Part shown: positions 35,160 through 52,379 of the stretch, piece by piece
Layout: every line of letters starts with the position of its first letter
How positions within the stretch are numbered: position 1 is the stretch's first letter
Made by a program: the position numbers and the translations under genes
The notes under the pieces: generated by a model
Seen by the model: the letters and a program-made list of their open reading frames with translations, nothing else
Told to the model about the DNA's origin: nothing
Database searches by the model: none
DNA from: the human T2T-CHM13v2.0 reference genome, Homo sapiens
Assembly (NCBI RefSeq): GCF_009914755.1
Contig: NC_060941.1
Strand: one strand, 5' to 3'
Length of the DNA stretch: 64,000 nucleotides

Positions 35160-36060
35160 TGGCATCCCTACCTACCCAGGAACCTAAGACAGATACCTGA
35201 GAGGAGCCCTTGCCTCCTCCCTCTCTTTATATTTCTCATCCCTGTATTTTATTTTCATCCTTCATAGCATTGCTTCAATGGTCCTCATTATCTCAGACTT
35301 AGATTAATACAGATCTTTTTGTCTACTTTTCATCTTGTTCTTTCTGTTGTTTTTCACTCAGCAACCAAAGTAAATTAATTGAAAATCAATTACTCATTTG
35401 ACTCCCGGTTACCTAAAAGATAAAGTGAACTTCTTGAAAACAAAGTCTGACCATATCACTCTTTTGGCTCTCATTTGCCTGTAAGACTTATAGGTAAATG
35501 AATTTACATTTTGTAGATCGATAGGCTTCCTTTGACCTAGGCCCTCATGATCTGGTGATGGCCAGTTTCCCCAGCCTTCTCTCCCACTTCTTTTTGCCTT
35601 GGATTTATTGTTCTAGCGGCAATAGTTTTTTTTTCATTTCTGTGATTTTGTTCATAATGATCATTCTTACTATGATATCCTCTCTCCTCCCAACATTAGA
35701 GGAGATAATAGATTATCTCCTCTAATCTTTTATCGTAAATCCAGCTGAGAAGTGTTCTGTCACCACCACTACTACTCCTCCCACCTTTCCTCAGCTCTGC
35801 ACTTCCAACTGCTATTCAGGACATATTATTACTCCACTTTCCCAGTAATACCTGTGCCTATCTGTATTATTAAATTTAACACATGGTATTATGCATAGTT
35901 TTTGAGTCTACTTTTCCCCCATTGACTGTTAATTTCTTGTTAGCAGAAACTGCCATGTTCATTTTTTATCTGTAGCATTTAGTCCAGTGACTGGCACATG
36001 GTAGCATAGTAGATGCTCAATAAATGTATAAAAAGAAGGAAAGCTTAATGATGGGGGAGG
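35160..36060 (+). mobile_element. L2
   Basis: aatggcatccc..cctacccagg; 3' end gtccagtgactggcacat..gctcaataaatgt. Confidence 0.7.
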
Positions 36061-36088
36061 AGGGAATGAAAGGCTCACCTGGCATTTT

Positions 36089-36384
36089 GTTGTAGTTGTT
36101 TTGTTTTCTTTTATTATACTTTAAGTTCTAGGGTACATGTGCACAACATGCAGGTCTGTTACATAGGTATACATGTGCCGTGTTGGTTTGCTGCACCCAT
36201 TAACTCGTCATCTACGTTAGGTATTTCTCCTAATGCTATCCCTCCTCCAGCCCCCCACCCCACAACAGGCCCCGGTGTGTGATGTTCCCCACCCTGTGTC
36301 CAAGTGTTCTCATTGTTCAGTTCCCACCTATGAGTGAGAACATGCAGTGTTTGGTTTTCTGTCCTTGTGATAGTTTGCTGAGAA
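36089..36384 (-). mobile_element. 5'-truncated L1PA (about PA4-PA6) 3' end
   Basis: ttattatactttaagttctagggtacatgtgcacaac; exact 13-bp TSD cacctggcatttt at 36076-36088 and 36385-36397. Confidence 0.93.
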
Positions 36385-36814
36385 CACCTGGCATTTTTTA
36401 AATTCATTTTTTGGCAGTGCTTAGAGTGACTGTTGGGTACAAGATGAAACTTTATTGGATTTTGAATGAGATTAGAATTCTCCATTGACTAACTTTGTTC
36501 TCTTAAGTTCTCTATGATTAATTTTGGTAAAACGACTTTCATAATTCCTGCTGAGCTTCTTCCTGTGTTCTTTTGATATTATTAGATTATCTATAATTGG
36601 ATATCATCTATATTGCCATACATAAAAATAGCTATAGAAATATGTTCATTCAAGCAGAAGGAATGGTGCTTGAAGAAATACCTAGGTGGAAAGACAAGTG
36701 AGCCATGTAATGACAGATATGTTTGGTTTGTGCAAATAATACAACAAAAATGCAAAATAACATCAGTGCTTACATTAGGAAAATGGAATGTCCTCCTGTT
36801 CTTTGCTTTTATTC

Positions 36815-36951
36815 TGTTTATTTATTATTTTATAGAAACAGGGTCTCACTATATTGCCCAGGCTGGTCTTTGAACTCCTGGCCTCAAACGATACTCCCAC
36901 TTCAGCCTCTCAAAGTGCTGGGATTATAGGCATGAGCCACCGTGCCCGACC
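36815..36951 (-). mobile_element. FLAM_C / Alu left monomer
   Basis: TSD tctttgctttta. Confidence 0.85.
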
Positions 36952-38099
36952 CTCTTTGCTTTTAAAAGCCCTTCTTACTATGAAATGTAGCACTTAAATA
37001 AGGTCCATAGACCAAATGAATAATTGTGTCTTTGTGCCACAAATTAACTCAAAACTTTCTACCACCTATCAGGACTACTTTCATCATTTTTATTGATAGA
37101 TCTCATGTTTTCAACAAATCTGTCAGCATTACTCTATTCATTATTCAATAGTTGCTCATTTTTAATTTATGAGACATATATCTGCTAACACTTATGTTCA
37201 AAATAAGGTAACTAATATTGTCACCCTTGATATAATTCTAGCTAAGTTTACAGAGGCTTGATGTTGTAGTTAACTAGTCACCAATAAATATGTGATTATT
37301 TATAAAGTCTATGAAATATTGAAAATAGTGAAACCCATTACTACCCTCTCAGACCTTTACAAGTGTAATGTTTCAGTGTTTGGAGCCTACCGTATGTGCT
37401 CATGGTCTGTCAGAGAAAAGGGCTATGTTTCTGGCATATATACCAGGGTTAGAATACACAGAGACAAGTACATCTTAGCCAACTGTGACATGGTACCTAA
37501 AGACAGAAGCATCTGCTAGGACACACAAAGAAAACACCACAAAAGGCAAGGAATTAAATAACAGACACTTTACACTTAGACAAGTCCTCTGGGAAGCAGG
37601 AGCTTGCATTCTCTAGCTTTCGGTGTACAACCCGTGTAGCCATGTAACTCCAAGCTTCCAACTAAGAATTACAGAGCCAGCTGACCAAATGAAATTATAT
37701 TTCAGTCAGATTTTAGTGAATGAAAAAGACTTAAGTATATTTTAATAAGACAACTTCCAGAAATCAGGATAAGTATACATTTATTTAAACAATACAGACA
37801 CATAATATAAATATATACAACTATATACTATCAATGAATACATTTAGAAATAATTATAAAACATGCTGTGGAATTCATACAAATCTCATTGGGGAAGGTG
37901 CAACATTGTATTTGGTGGCAAAAAGTTTAAGAACCATTGGGCTATTACTGAAAGACTGAATATGTGAAATGAAGTTTTCATTAAAATGAATAGTTTTGGC
38001 AACATGCTGAAATAATATGATAACTTAATAATGACTTGAACATTTAAATTAGCTTTAAGAATATCTAGCCCCTGGTTCCCAACATTTTCAGCACCAGGA

Positions 38100-39029
38100 C
38101 TGCCTTAGCATATATTTCTTAGAAAACAGAGCCTGAGACAAAAGTTTATATGTTAAGACCTTTTTAACAGAGTACAAGCCAGGGAAGCAAGCGTGAAGGA
38201 AAGGGGGAGTGAGACAGGAAAGGAAAGAGAAAAAATGTAAGGGAAGATACTACAGAGCTGGCAGAGGTGAGAGACCACATGTCTCTGAACCATGGAAAGG
38301 AGACTCCAAAGAGGATTTTTCTGCTAACTCCCTTCCTGTATTGGTCACAGCCTGGTGAGTATTATCTCCCTTATTCTCCCTATTGCACAAAACCAGTAGC
38401 CCTACTATATCTTATGTCTCAGTGACAATAGAGAAGTCCAGGGACAGAGGAGACAGACTGTATAGCATGCACATGAGGTAAGGTATTGATTGACTTGTGC
38501 CCAGGATCAACACAAATGACTCGGAGCAGCCCTTGTAGCCAATCCCTCAGTCTGAAGCCAGAGGCATTAGTAACACAGACCTAACTCCAACCCATGAGAA
38601 TTGTTCAAATCGTTGTGAAGGCCACTTTGGCCAAACAACTGGCAGGTGACTATATCTAGGATTCTGCTTTAGTCCATTCAAATGGCTATAACAAATTATT
38701 TTAGCTTGGGTAATTTACAAGCAATTGACATTTATTACTCACAGTTCTGGAGGCTGGGAAGTCCAAGATCAAGGCACCAGCAGATTTGATATCTGGTGAG
38801 GGCTCATCCCTTGTAGCTGAAGCCTTTGCTGTGGCTTCACATGGCTGAAGAGGCAGACATGCTTCCTCAGGCCTGTTTTATACAGGTACTAATCCCATTT
38901 GTGAGGACCTAATCAACCCCCAAAGGCCAGAACCTTTAATACTATCACATTGGAGATTGTAAGTTTCAACACATGAATTTGCTGGGGGACACAAACATTC
39001 AGAGAATAGCAGATGCCAAACCCAGTACA
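38100..39029 (-). mobile_element. ERVL-class LTR (LTR16/LTR33-like), interrupted by MLT1A
   Basis: aacagagcctgagacaaaag..gagtgagacaggaaagga; on the minus strand a PPT-like aagggttggac precedes TGT at 39029. Confidence 0.55.
38665..39011 (-). mobile_element. MaLR LTR (MLT1A/MSTD-like)
   Basis: ctcacagttctggaggctgggaagtccaagatcaagg..ggggacacaaacattcag..tagca. Confidence 0.88.
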
Positions 39030-39835
39030 GTCCAACCCTTGTACCACATTGATCCAGTAGTATCCTCTGAGTATCTGGTCTCACCCTGGGAAGATGATGC
39101 AATGATGCTCTCAATTCTTTCCTGAGAGGGTAGGTTCTAAATCCAGTCCTTCAAGTTGGTAGTCAGTTGTAACCTCCCAAAAAGCCTTAGAAAGGGTTAG
39201 TAAACAAAGATTTAGGTCCTTGCTGCTCCATGTAGTCCTAGAGACCATAATGCATGCTCATTATTTCCCTCTACCCATTTCAGAACAAAAAATGTCAAAA
39301 TAGATTTAAGAACAGGAATGATCTACAATTGAAAGTCGTTTCATAATGATGAATGGATCAGTTTATCAAGAGGAAATAACCTAAATGTTTATGCAACTAA
39401 CAGAACTTCAAAATGAGAGAAATCCATAATCAGATTTCAGCATTCATCTCTCAGTAGCTGATAGAACAAGTAGAGAACCAATTAACATATAGAGGATCTA
39501 AACCATTCCATCAACCAACTTGACCTAATCGTCTTTTATTGAACAATGTGATAATAAAAAATATGTCTATTTGGTCTTTGTCCCTGGTTCCTGACACAGG
39601 GTTCCTAAATACCTTTGAATTTTCCGAGTCATAGGAGCATCTTGGCAGGCCCCTAGATAGCTTCAGGATAGGGAATGGTCACCAGAAAGACCAGGGAATG
39701 ACTACGGTTACACTTTTAGCCCCACTCCAGACTTCAGGGAGGGGAGAGAGGCTAGAGATTGAGTTAATCAACAGTGACCAATTATTTAATCATGCCTAAG
39801 TAGTGAAACCTCCATTTTAAAAACACCCTAAATGA

Positions 39836-40671
<836 letters not shown>

Positions 40672-42221
40672 TGAGTCCTGTGAACCATTCCAGCAAATTA
40701 TTGAACTCGAGGAGGTTGTGTGAATCCCCACTCTATAGCCAATTGGTCAGAAATACAGATGACAACCTGGGACTTGCAGCTGGCATGCAAAGTGAGGACA
40801 GCCTTGTGGAAGTAAGCCCTTAACCTGTGGAGTCTGTGCTAACTCTGGGTAGTTAGTGTTAGAATTCATATGAATCGTAGGGCACCAGTTGGTGTCCAGA
40901 TAATTGGCAAATTGATTGTTGGGTGGCAGCAAAAACTCACACATATGGTATCAGAAGTGTTGTGAGTAAAAATATTTCAGTGGTCCACCCAAAAACAGCA
41001 GAGTACAGATTCCTTTTTAGAAGGTTCACCAAGACATACCATATTCTGGTCTGTAAGACAAGTCTCAATAAACTTAAGTGGACTCAAACTAAACAATGTT
41101 CTCTGACCACAGCATGATTAAACTAGAAATCAGTAATAGAAAAATATCAGGAAATTTCACAAATCTTTGGAAATTAAATAACACATTTCTAAATAATGCT
41201 CCAGTCAAAAGAAGGTGGAAATTTAACAATATTTTAAATTAAATATCAGTGAAAACAAAACATATCAAAATTTGTGGAATATACCTAAAGAAGAGCTTAG
41301 GAGGAAATTTATAGCATTAAGAGCTTTTTTTAGAAAGCAAGTTTTTAAATCAATGAACTGAATTTCCAGTTAAACTAGAAAAATAAGAAGTTCAACCGAA
41401 TGTAAGCAGAAGGTAGGAAATCATACAGAGCAGAGATCAGTTAAATAGAAAACAGTGGAGAAAAACAATGAATTAAAAGCTGGTGCTTTGAGAAAATCAG
41501 TAAAATCAATAAACCTCTACCTGTACTGACTAGGACAAAAAAAGAAGATACAAATTACCGCTATTAAGGGTGAGGTAGGGACATTATTACAGGCCCCACT
41601 GACATTAAAAGAATACTAAAGGAATGTCACAAACAATTTTATTTTTTAAATTTATTTTTCTTTTTCTCTACACTGGGAAGAAACTTAAATGAACAATTTT
41701 AATGTCAGTAAATTTGACAATTTAGATTAAATGGACAAGTTCATTGAAATAAATAAACTATCAGAGCTTACTTGATAAGAAAGAACCTGAATAGCTGTAT
41801 TGAATTTGTTGTTTAAAACTTTGCCATAAGGAAAACTTTTGGTCCAGATTCATTGACAGGTAAATTCAACCAAACATTTAAAGAAGAGTGATACCATTTC
41901 TACACAGACTCCTCCAGGAAGTTAAAGAGGAACAACTAGGAGGCCAATATTGTTACCCTAAGAACAAACCAGACAAAGACATGACATGAACAGGAGAGTA
42001 CAGACCAATTATCTCTCATGAATGCAGAGTTCTTAACAAAATTCTAACAAACTGAATCTAATAATATATAAAAAGGATAATGTCTCATTACTAATGGGTT
42101 TTATACCAGGAATTGAGGTTGTTTCTACATTCACGAATCAATCAGTGTAGTTAATCATTAATAACAGACTAAAAAAGAAAAACTGTATGATCATCTGATA
42201 AATACAAAAAAAAAACAGCAT

Positions 42222-42583
<362 letters not shown>

Positions 42584-42832
42584 TCATACTTAATGGTAAA
42601 AACCTGGATGCTTTCCCTTGAAAATCATGAACAAGACAGATTTCTACACCTATCACTTTTATTCAATATTATGTTGGCAGTCTCAATCAGTGAAATAAGA
42701 TGAATAAAGTAAGTAAATAAAAGGCATCTAGATTAGAAAGGAAAAAGTAGAACTGTCACTATTTCCAGACATGATACTCTGTGTATAAAGTTTAAGAAAT
42801 CTACCAAAAATAACTATTAGAAACTAGTGAGT

Positions 42833-43130
42833 TAGCTGGACACGGTGGCTCACCCCTGTAATCCCAGTACTTTGGGAGGCTGAGGCAGGTGGATAGCCTG
42901 AAGTCAGGAGTTCGAGACCAGCCTGGCCAACATGGCGAAACCTCCTTTCTACTAAAAATGCAAAAATTAGCTGGGTATGGTGGTAGACACCTGTAATGCT
43001 AGCTAAGGGAGGCTGAGACAGGAGAATCGCTAGAACCCAGGAGACAGAGGTTTCAGTGAGCTGAGATCACGCCACTTCACTGCAGCCTGGGCAACAAGAG
43101 CGAGACTCCATCTCAAAAAAGAAAAAAAAA
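42833..43130 (+). mobile_element. AluS
   Basis: Full Alu. Confidence 0.9.
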
Positions 43131-43414
43131 TAGTAAGTTTAGCAAAGTCTCAAGGTGTAGGATCAATATGCAAAAAAGTATTGTATTTCTCTGTACCAGC
43201 AACAAAAAAAATGGAAATTGAAATAAAAGGGTCATTTACAAAGCACTAAATTGTGGAATAATTAGAGATAAATTAAAAAATACATGACCTGCACAGTGAA
43301 AAGTGCAAAACATGCTGAGCAAAATTAACAAAGATATGTGGGAAAATATACCATGTTCAAAGATCACAGTACTCCATACTGTTAAGATGTCAATTCTTTC
43401 TAAATTGATCTATT

Positions 43415-43680
43415 CCAGGGGTTGGTAAACCATGGCAGGCAGGCCAAATCTGGCTACCCACGTGTTTGTCTCCTGAAAGCTAAGAATGATTTCTATATTT
43501 TTAAATGGTCACATTTTAAATTATTATATAAATAATAATATGTAACAAATTATTGTAACATCCAGATATGTAACATTTGTAACATCCAGATATGTAACAA
43601 TCTGGATGTTGCCTACTGGCCCACAAAGCCCAAAACATTTACTATATAGCTCCCTAAGAAAAAGTTTTTCAATTCCTCGT
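43415..43680 (+). mobile_element. hAT-Charlie MER58B-like
   Basis: caggggttggtaaac..ggccaaatctgg..ggcccacaaagcccaaaacatttactat. Confidence 0.75.
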
Positions 43681-43711
43681 CTATACATTCAGTGCAATCC
43701 CAAACAAAATC

Positions 43712-43930
43712 CCTCCACCTCCCAGGTTCAAACAGTTCTCCTGTCTCAGCCTCCCGAGTAGCTGGGACTACAGGCACATGCCACCATGCCCGGCTAATTT
43801 TTTGTATTTTTAGTAGAGACGGGGTTTCCCCATATTGGTCGGTTGTTCTTGAACTCCTGACCTTAGGTGATCCACCCACCTCAGCCTCCCAAAGTGCTGG
43901 GATTACAGGCATGAGCCATCACACCCAGCC
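43712..43930 (-). mobile_element. Truncated AluS
   Basis: Lacks the tail end. Confidence 0.88.
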
Positions 43931-43963
43931 CACCATGGTTTTTAGTATAAATTAACAAGCTAG

Positions 43964-44049
43964 CACTGTATACCTATGTAACAAACCTGCATGTTCTGCA
44001 CATATATCCATTTTTTTAGAAGAAATAAAAGCAAAAATTAAAAAAAAAG
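43964..44049 (+). mobile_element. Very short L1PA 3' tip
   Basis: tatacctatgtaacaaacctgcatgttctgcaca plus A tail; TSD like aaattaac. Confidence 0.8.
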
Positions 44050-44232
44050 AAATTAACGACCTGATATTATCATTTGTATGGAGTTAGATTAGCCAGAACA
44101 AATTTTGAAAAAGAACAAAGTTGGAGGATTTATACTACCTGATTTGAGGTTTACTATAAAACTGCAGAATTCAAAACAGTGTGTTACTGCTGTAAAGGTG
44201 GACAATGGAACCACATAAAGAGTCCAAAAATA

Positions 44233-44562
<330 letters not shown>

Positions 44563-44639
44563 TCATTTTTGACAAAGGAATCAAGGCATTTTAGTGAGAA
44601 AAGGCTATTTTTTTCAGCAAATATTAATATTACAGAATA

Positions 44640-45175
<536 letters not shown>

Positions 45176-45374
45176 TCATAGACTTAAACCTAAGAGCTAA
45201 AATTATAAAACTGCAAGAAGAAATAATAGATTTAACATAAGCCTAAGTAACCTTGTGTTAGGCAAAAATTTTTAAAATTGAACACAATCATTAACCCTAA
45301 AAGAAAAATAACTGATGTTTGACTGCCAAAATTTAAAATATTTACTCCTCAAAAGTTATTAAGAAAATGAAAAA

Positions 45375-45721
<347 letters not shown>

Positions 45722-46199
45722 TCAAACACTTATCTCATAAAAGAGTTCTATTCAGAATAAGTGAAGAATCCTCACAGCTTAATATAAAGGCATACAACTT
45801 GAATTTCAATAAAATGAGCAAGCGATTTGAACAGATACTTCACAGATGAAAGCATATGAATAACAAGAGATAGATGTTCAATATCAATAATCATTAGGAA
45901 AATGTAAATTAAAACCATAATTGGATATCACTGTATACCTAGTACAATGTCTAAAACTCAATACCAAAGATTGGCAAAAATGTGGGAGCAGTTGGAATTT
46001 TCAGACACTGCTGGTGTGAGTGTAAAATGGTACAGCCACTTTGAAAACTCCTTAGGCATTCTTTTATAAAGTTCAACAAAAATCTGCCATTTGACCTAGC
46101 CATGCTATTCCTAGGTATGTACAAGAGAGCAAGAAAATCATATGTCTACGCAAAGACCAGTAGTTGAATATTCAGAGCAGCTTTATTCATGATGGCTGA

Positions 46200-46531
46200 G
46201 GTCTTAGTCCATTTGGGCTGATAAAACAAAATTCCATAAACTGGATAGCTTATAAACAATAGAAATATATTTCTCACAGTTCTGAAGAATGGGAAGTCCT
46301 GGATCAAGGCAGATTCAGTGTCTGGTGAAGGCCAACTTCCTGTTTCGTAGACAGCATCATCCTCACATGATGGAAAGGGTGAGGAAGCTTTTTTGGTACA
46401 CTTATATTGGTGGATCAACCCCACTCAGGACCAAATCACTTCCCAAAGGCCCTACCTCCTAATACCATCACCTTGGGGGTTAGAATTTCAATGTATGAGT
46501 TTTAGGAGACACAAGCATACAGACCATAGCA
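46200..46531 (-). mobile_element. MaLR LTR (MLT1A-like)
   Basis: gtcttagtccatttgggctg..tctcacagttctg..cagaccatagca. Confidence 0.85.
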
Positions 46532-46936
46532 GCTGAAAACTTGAAACAACTCAGACGCCATCAAACTAGCAAATGTATAAATACTGTGATATATCAATTT
46601 TTAAAAAATGGAATGAACTACTAATACAACATCATGGATAAATGTTAAAAGCATTTTGCTACATAAAACAAGCTTGAAACAAAAGACTGCATACTGTATG
46701 ATTCTATTTGTGTGAAATTCTACAAAAGGCAAAACTATAATGATAGCAAATCAGCAGTTGCCAAGGTGTAGAGTGGTGGGTAAAGGTGTAGGATTGACCG
46801 CAAAATGTTAGGAGGCAACTGTATGGGATGATGGAAAGTTGATTACAGCATAACTGGATACATTTGCCAAAACTGCATTTTTTTACTTAAAGTATGAATC
46901 TTATTGTATGTAAATTATACCTTAATAAAACTGATT

Positions 46937-46938
<2 letters not shown>

Positions 46939-46972
<34 letters not shown>

Positions 46973-46973
46973 A
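46939..46973. repeat. (CA)n microsatellite
   Basis: Directly visible. Confidence 0.95.
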
Positions 46974-46974
46974 C

Positions 46975-48130
46975 TAGCATGACACAGCTATTTTACTCCT
47001 AGGCATAGGCCCAAATGAATTGAAAACAGGTAGTCAAACAGATACTACATGAATGTTCCCAGCAGCAGTATTCACAGTAGCCAAAAGGTGGCAACAATCC
47101 AAATGCCCACCCACAGATGAATGGATAAACACATGTGGCATATACACAATGGAAACTTACTCAGTGATGAAAAGGTATGACACATTGATACATGCTACTG
47201 CAACATTGGCGAATCTCAGAAACATGCTAAGTGAAAGAAGCCAGACACAAAAGGCCAAATATTATGTATTCCCTTCTTAGTAGATATTTAGAATATGTAA
47301 ATTTATAGAGACAAAATGCAGACTAGTGGTTGATTTGAGGGGGTGGGCATGATAGTAACTGCTTAATGGGTATGAAGTTTTCTTTTGGAGCTGAATAGAG
47401 GTGATGGTTGCACAACATTGGGAATGTACTAGATGCCATTGAATTTGTTCACTTTGATGCAGGTGCACCCCAAAATTAGAGCTTAGCCCAAGAAGGTTCT
47501 TGGCTTCTCTCAAGAAAGAGTTCAAGAGTGAGCCGACAGTGAAAGAAAGCAGGTTTATTAGAGCAATAGTATATAGCAAAATGGTTGCTCCATAGAGAGA
47601 GCAGGGCTATCCCATAGGCAGAGGAGCCCAGAGGAGCAGAGTACAGCAAAGTGGCTGCTCCACAGGCAGAGCAGCCCGGAGGAGCACAGCAGCAGTGTAT
47701 GGCAACAGTAGCAGTCCGAAGCAGGAGCAACAGCAGACACAGCTGCAGTGTACATTGCTGGTTAGCTATATCTGTACCCACTCTTAATTATTTTATATAT
47801 AGTGTATATATATATATATTTAAGGGACAGAGTGTTAAGACTTTTCTAGAAAAGGGGCAAGGAGTTCCTGAAACCATAGAAGGTAACTTTCAGGTCATTG
47901 CCCTAGTGCGTTGCCATGGCATTTGTAAACTGTCATGGCGGCAGTGGAGTGTCTTTAATAACGAGCAGTGAGGGCAAGCAGAGGTCATCTTCGTCACCCT
48001 CTTCTGATTTGGGCCATTTTCTTTACTGCATCCTGTGTTTAATCATCAGGTTCATTACAGGTGGGTGCTGATCTCCTACCTCAACTTTAAAGTGGGTAGC
48101 TTTATGTTATGTGTATTTTACCTCAAGCAC
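46975..48130 (+). mobile_element. L1MB 3' fragment split by a MER41 LTR
   Basis: AAVFTVAKRWQQSKCPPTDEWIN; 3' end continues after 48087. Confidence 0.8.
47455..48083 (-). mobile_element. ERV1 solo LTR, MER41 family
   Basis: Minus strand begins TGAGGTAGGAGATCAGC, contains ccatgacagtttacaaatgccatggcaac, ends CA; 4-bp TSD ACTT at 47451-4 and 48084-7. Confidence 0.85.
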
Positions 48131-48139
48131 ACATACATA

Positions 48140-49150
<1,011 letters not shown>

Positions 49151-49229
49151 TTTGAAGGAACCATCCTCATATAGATCTCCTTTGTCTCCTATATCTTTTT
49201 TTCTGCCTATTTTATTCCATTTTAATTAG

Positions 49230-50640
49230 GATTTAAACATGATCAAGTCTTTTTGCATCTTCTATCTCCCTCTACCCTTCACAGACCCATTGAAAGAATT
49301 GTTCTCACCTTTTCTTAATTTCATCTCCCTCTCACTTTGGAACCATTGACATTCCAGTTTCTGCCTATACTACTCACCCAAGGTATTATCTAGATCACCT
49401 CCATATAGATCGAGCCAATAATGATTGTTAGTTCTTATTACAGTTAATGTTTTCTGACGCATGTTTACTTTTTGAAACTCTCTCTTGCCTGACTTGCCCA
49501 CAGTCTCCTTGTTTTCCTCTTCTTTCTGGTTGTTCTTTCTTAGACTCCTTTGCAGGCTCTTCTTGCTTTGCCTAATTGTGTTTCAACGGGTGTCATTTTA
49601 GGCCTTCCTCTCCCCTCACTCTACAAACTTCTTAAGAGACAATAGTCAGCTCCTAAGGTTAATAACTTTGACATCTGACTCTCTATTCTCCTGAGCTTCA
49701 GTTTAATTATCTCACTGTCTACTGTACATCTTTATTTGAATGCCCCATAGACACTTCAAATTCTACATATTCCTGAGCTAAATTTATGTTCCTCTTAATC
49801 CTGCTTCTCTTCCTGTATTCCCTAAGTAGATGGTACCACCATCTAGCCATTTGCCCCAGCCAGAAACCAGGATATTATTCATGACTGCATTTTTACCTCA
49901 TTCTTTACATCTAATCAAATTATCAAGTCCATTCATTATTTTTCATCTCCTTTGTCATTTCTTAATACAGGTCAATATTTCTAACTCGGATTGCTATAAA
50001 ACCTAACTTTTCTGTTTGCCTTCAATCAGGTAATCCTCTGACACAGGAGATCATGAATTTGGATTGTAAAAAAAGATTACGTTTTCATTTTTTGATTTCT
50101 AATTGAAATTTAGAACTTCTATTTTGAATGTAGGTAACAAACCACAGAAGCACTAGAAGTTTTTGTGACTTTGTCACCAATAAATACCTCAGATATTTTC
50201 ATGTTACTTGTAGGTATCATAAAATATCACACTTGTCACCACCTTGAAAATATAGTAGACTTGCACTAGATCTTATCACTTAATGTTAATGAAACTCACA
50301 AATTACTGTGTCACAAATCTATTTTTTATTATTTTGATTACTGTTTTTCAAAATAATTGATTTCTCCTGTTTTTGCATTTTATTTCATGCATTTAGAAAT
50401 ATTATGGAAAGAGTCTTTTTAGGCATCACCAGACACCATAGGGGGTCTGTGGCAACACCTTACTGTAATGTATTCTACTCACTAGAACCAAAGTAATCTT
50501 TCCAAAATGTAAGTTTAATTATGTCCCTCAAAAGCCTTTAATCATGTGCCTCGGTTGCCCTTAGGAGAAACCGGGATAAAATCTAATCCCTTTAATATGG
50601 CTTACGAGTTCTAGTCTGATCTGGACTCTGTCTCCTCTCT
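49230..50640 (+). mobile_element. L2 with nested hAT-Charlie remnant (about 50030-50460)
   Basis: ttagactcctttgcaggctc, tgaatgccccatagacacttcaaa, gatggtaccaccatc; Charlie-type aggcatcaccagac..gggggtctgtggca. Confidence 0.65.
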
Positions 50641-51976
50641 GTCATTCTAGCCAGTGGTGTGCTGTGGCCAGCTAGCACCTGCAAGATTCAGTTTTTAAGA
50701 TTTTGGTAATTTTGTGAGCCAGTTAAGTCATAGGTAGCTTGAGTGTACATTTATACCACGGAGATCAGCAAACACTGCAAATCAGAATTTTGTTTTGTTT
50801 TTGTCTTTTATTTTTTAATTTAATTTTTTAAAAATTTCCAGGATACACATGCAGGATGTGCAGGTTTTTTACGTAGGGAAATGTGTGGTAGCAATTTGCT
50901 CCACCTATCAACCCGTCACCTAGGTATTAAGCCCTGCATGCATTAGCTATTTATCCTGATTCTCTTCCTCCCCTCACCTTCCCTGACAGGCCCCAGTGGT
51001 GGTGTTCCCCTCCTTGTGTCCATATGTTCTCATTGTTCCACTCCCACTTATAAGTGAGAACATGCAATGTTTGGTTTTCTATTCCTGTGTTAGTTTGCTT
51101 AGGATAATGGCTTTGAGCTGCATCCATGTCCCTACAAATGACATGATGTCATTCCTTTTTATGGCTGCATAGTATTCCATGGTGTATATGTACCACATTT
51201 TCTTTATCTAGTCTATCATTTATGGGTGTTTGGGTTTATTCCATATCTTTGCTATTGTGAATAGTGCTGCAATGAACATATGTGTGTATGTATCTTTATA
51301 ATATAATAATTTATATTCCTTTGGGTATATACCCAGTAATAGGATTGCTGGGCCAAATAGTATTTCCAGTTCTAGGTCTTTGAGGAATTGCCACACTGTC
51401 TTCCACAATGGTTGAACTAATTTACATTCCCACCAATAGTGTAAAAGTATTCCTGTTTCTGCACAGCCTTGCCAGTGTCTGTTGTTTCTTGACTTTTTAA
51501 TAATCACCATTCAGACTGGCATGAGATGGTATCTCATTGTGGTTTTGATTTGCATTTCTCTAATGATCAATGATGTTGAGCTTTTTTCATACGTTGGCTG
51601 CATAAATGTCTTCTTTTGAGAAGTGTCTGTTTATGTCCTTTGCCCAGTTTTTAATAGGATTGTTTGTTTTTGTTTTATTTTTTGTAAATTTGCTTAAGTT
51701 CCTTGTAGATTCTGGACATTAGATCTTTTTTCAGATGGATAGATTACAAAAACTTTCTCCCATTCTATAGGTTGTCAGTTCACTCTGATGATAGTTTCTT
51801 TCGCTGTGCAAAAGCTCTTTAGTTTAATTAGATGCCATTTGTTAATTTTGGCTTTTATTGCAATTGCTTTTGATGTTTTCATCATGAAATCTTTACCCAT
51901 GCCTATGTCTTGAATGGTATTGCCTAGATTTTATTCTAGGGTTTTTATTGTTTTGGGTTTTACATTTAAGTCTTTA

Positions 51977-52379
<403 letters not shown>

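Noticed and set aside
47580-47750. Short internal repeats (ggcagag..agcccagaggagca) resembling a repeat array
   Set aside because: Irregular repeats within a MER41 LTR; no constant repeat-spacer structure, and the context is eukaryotic, so not CRISPR
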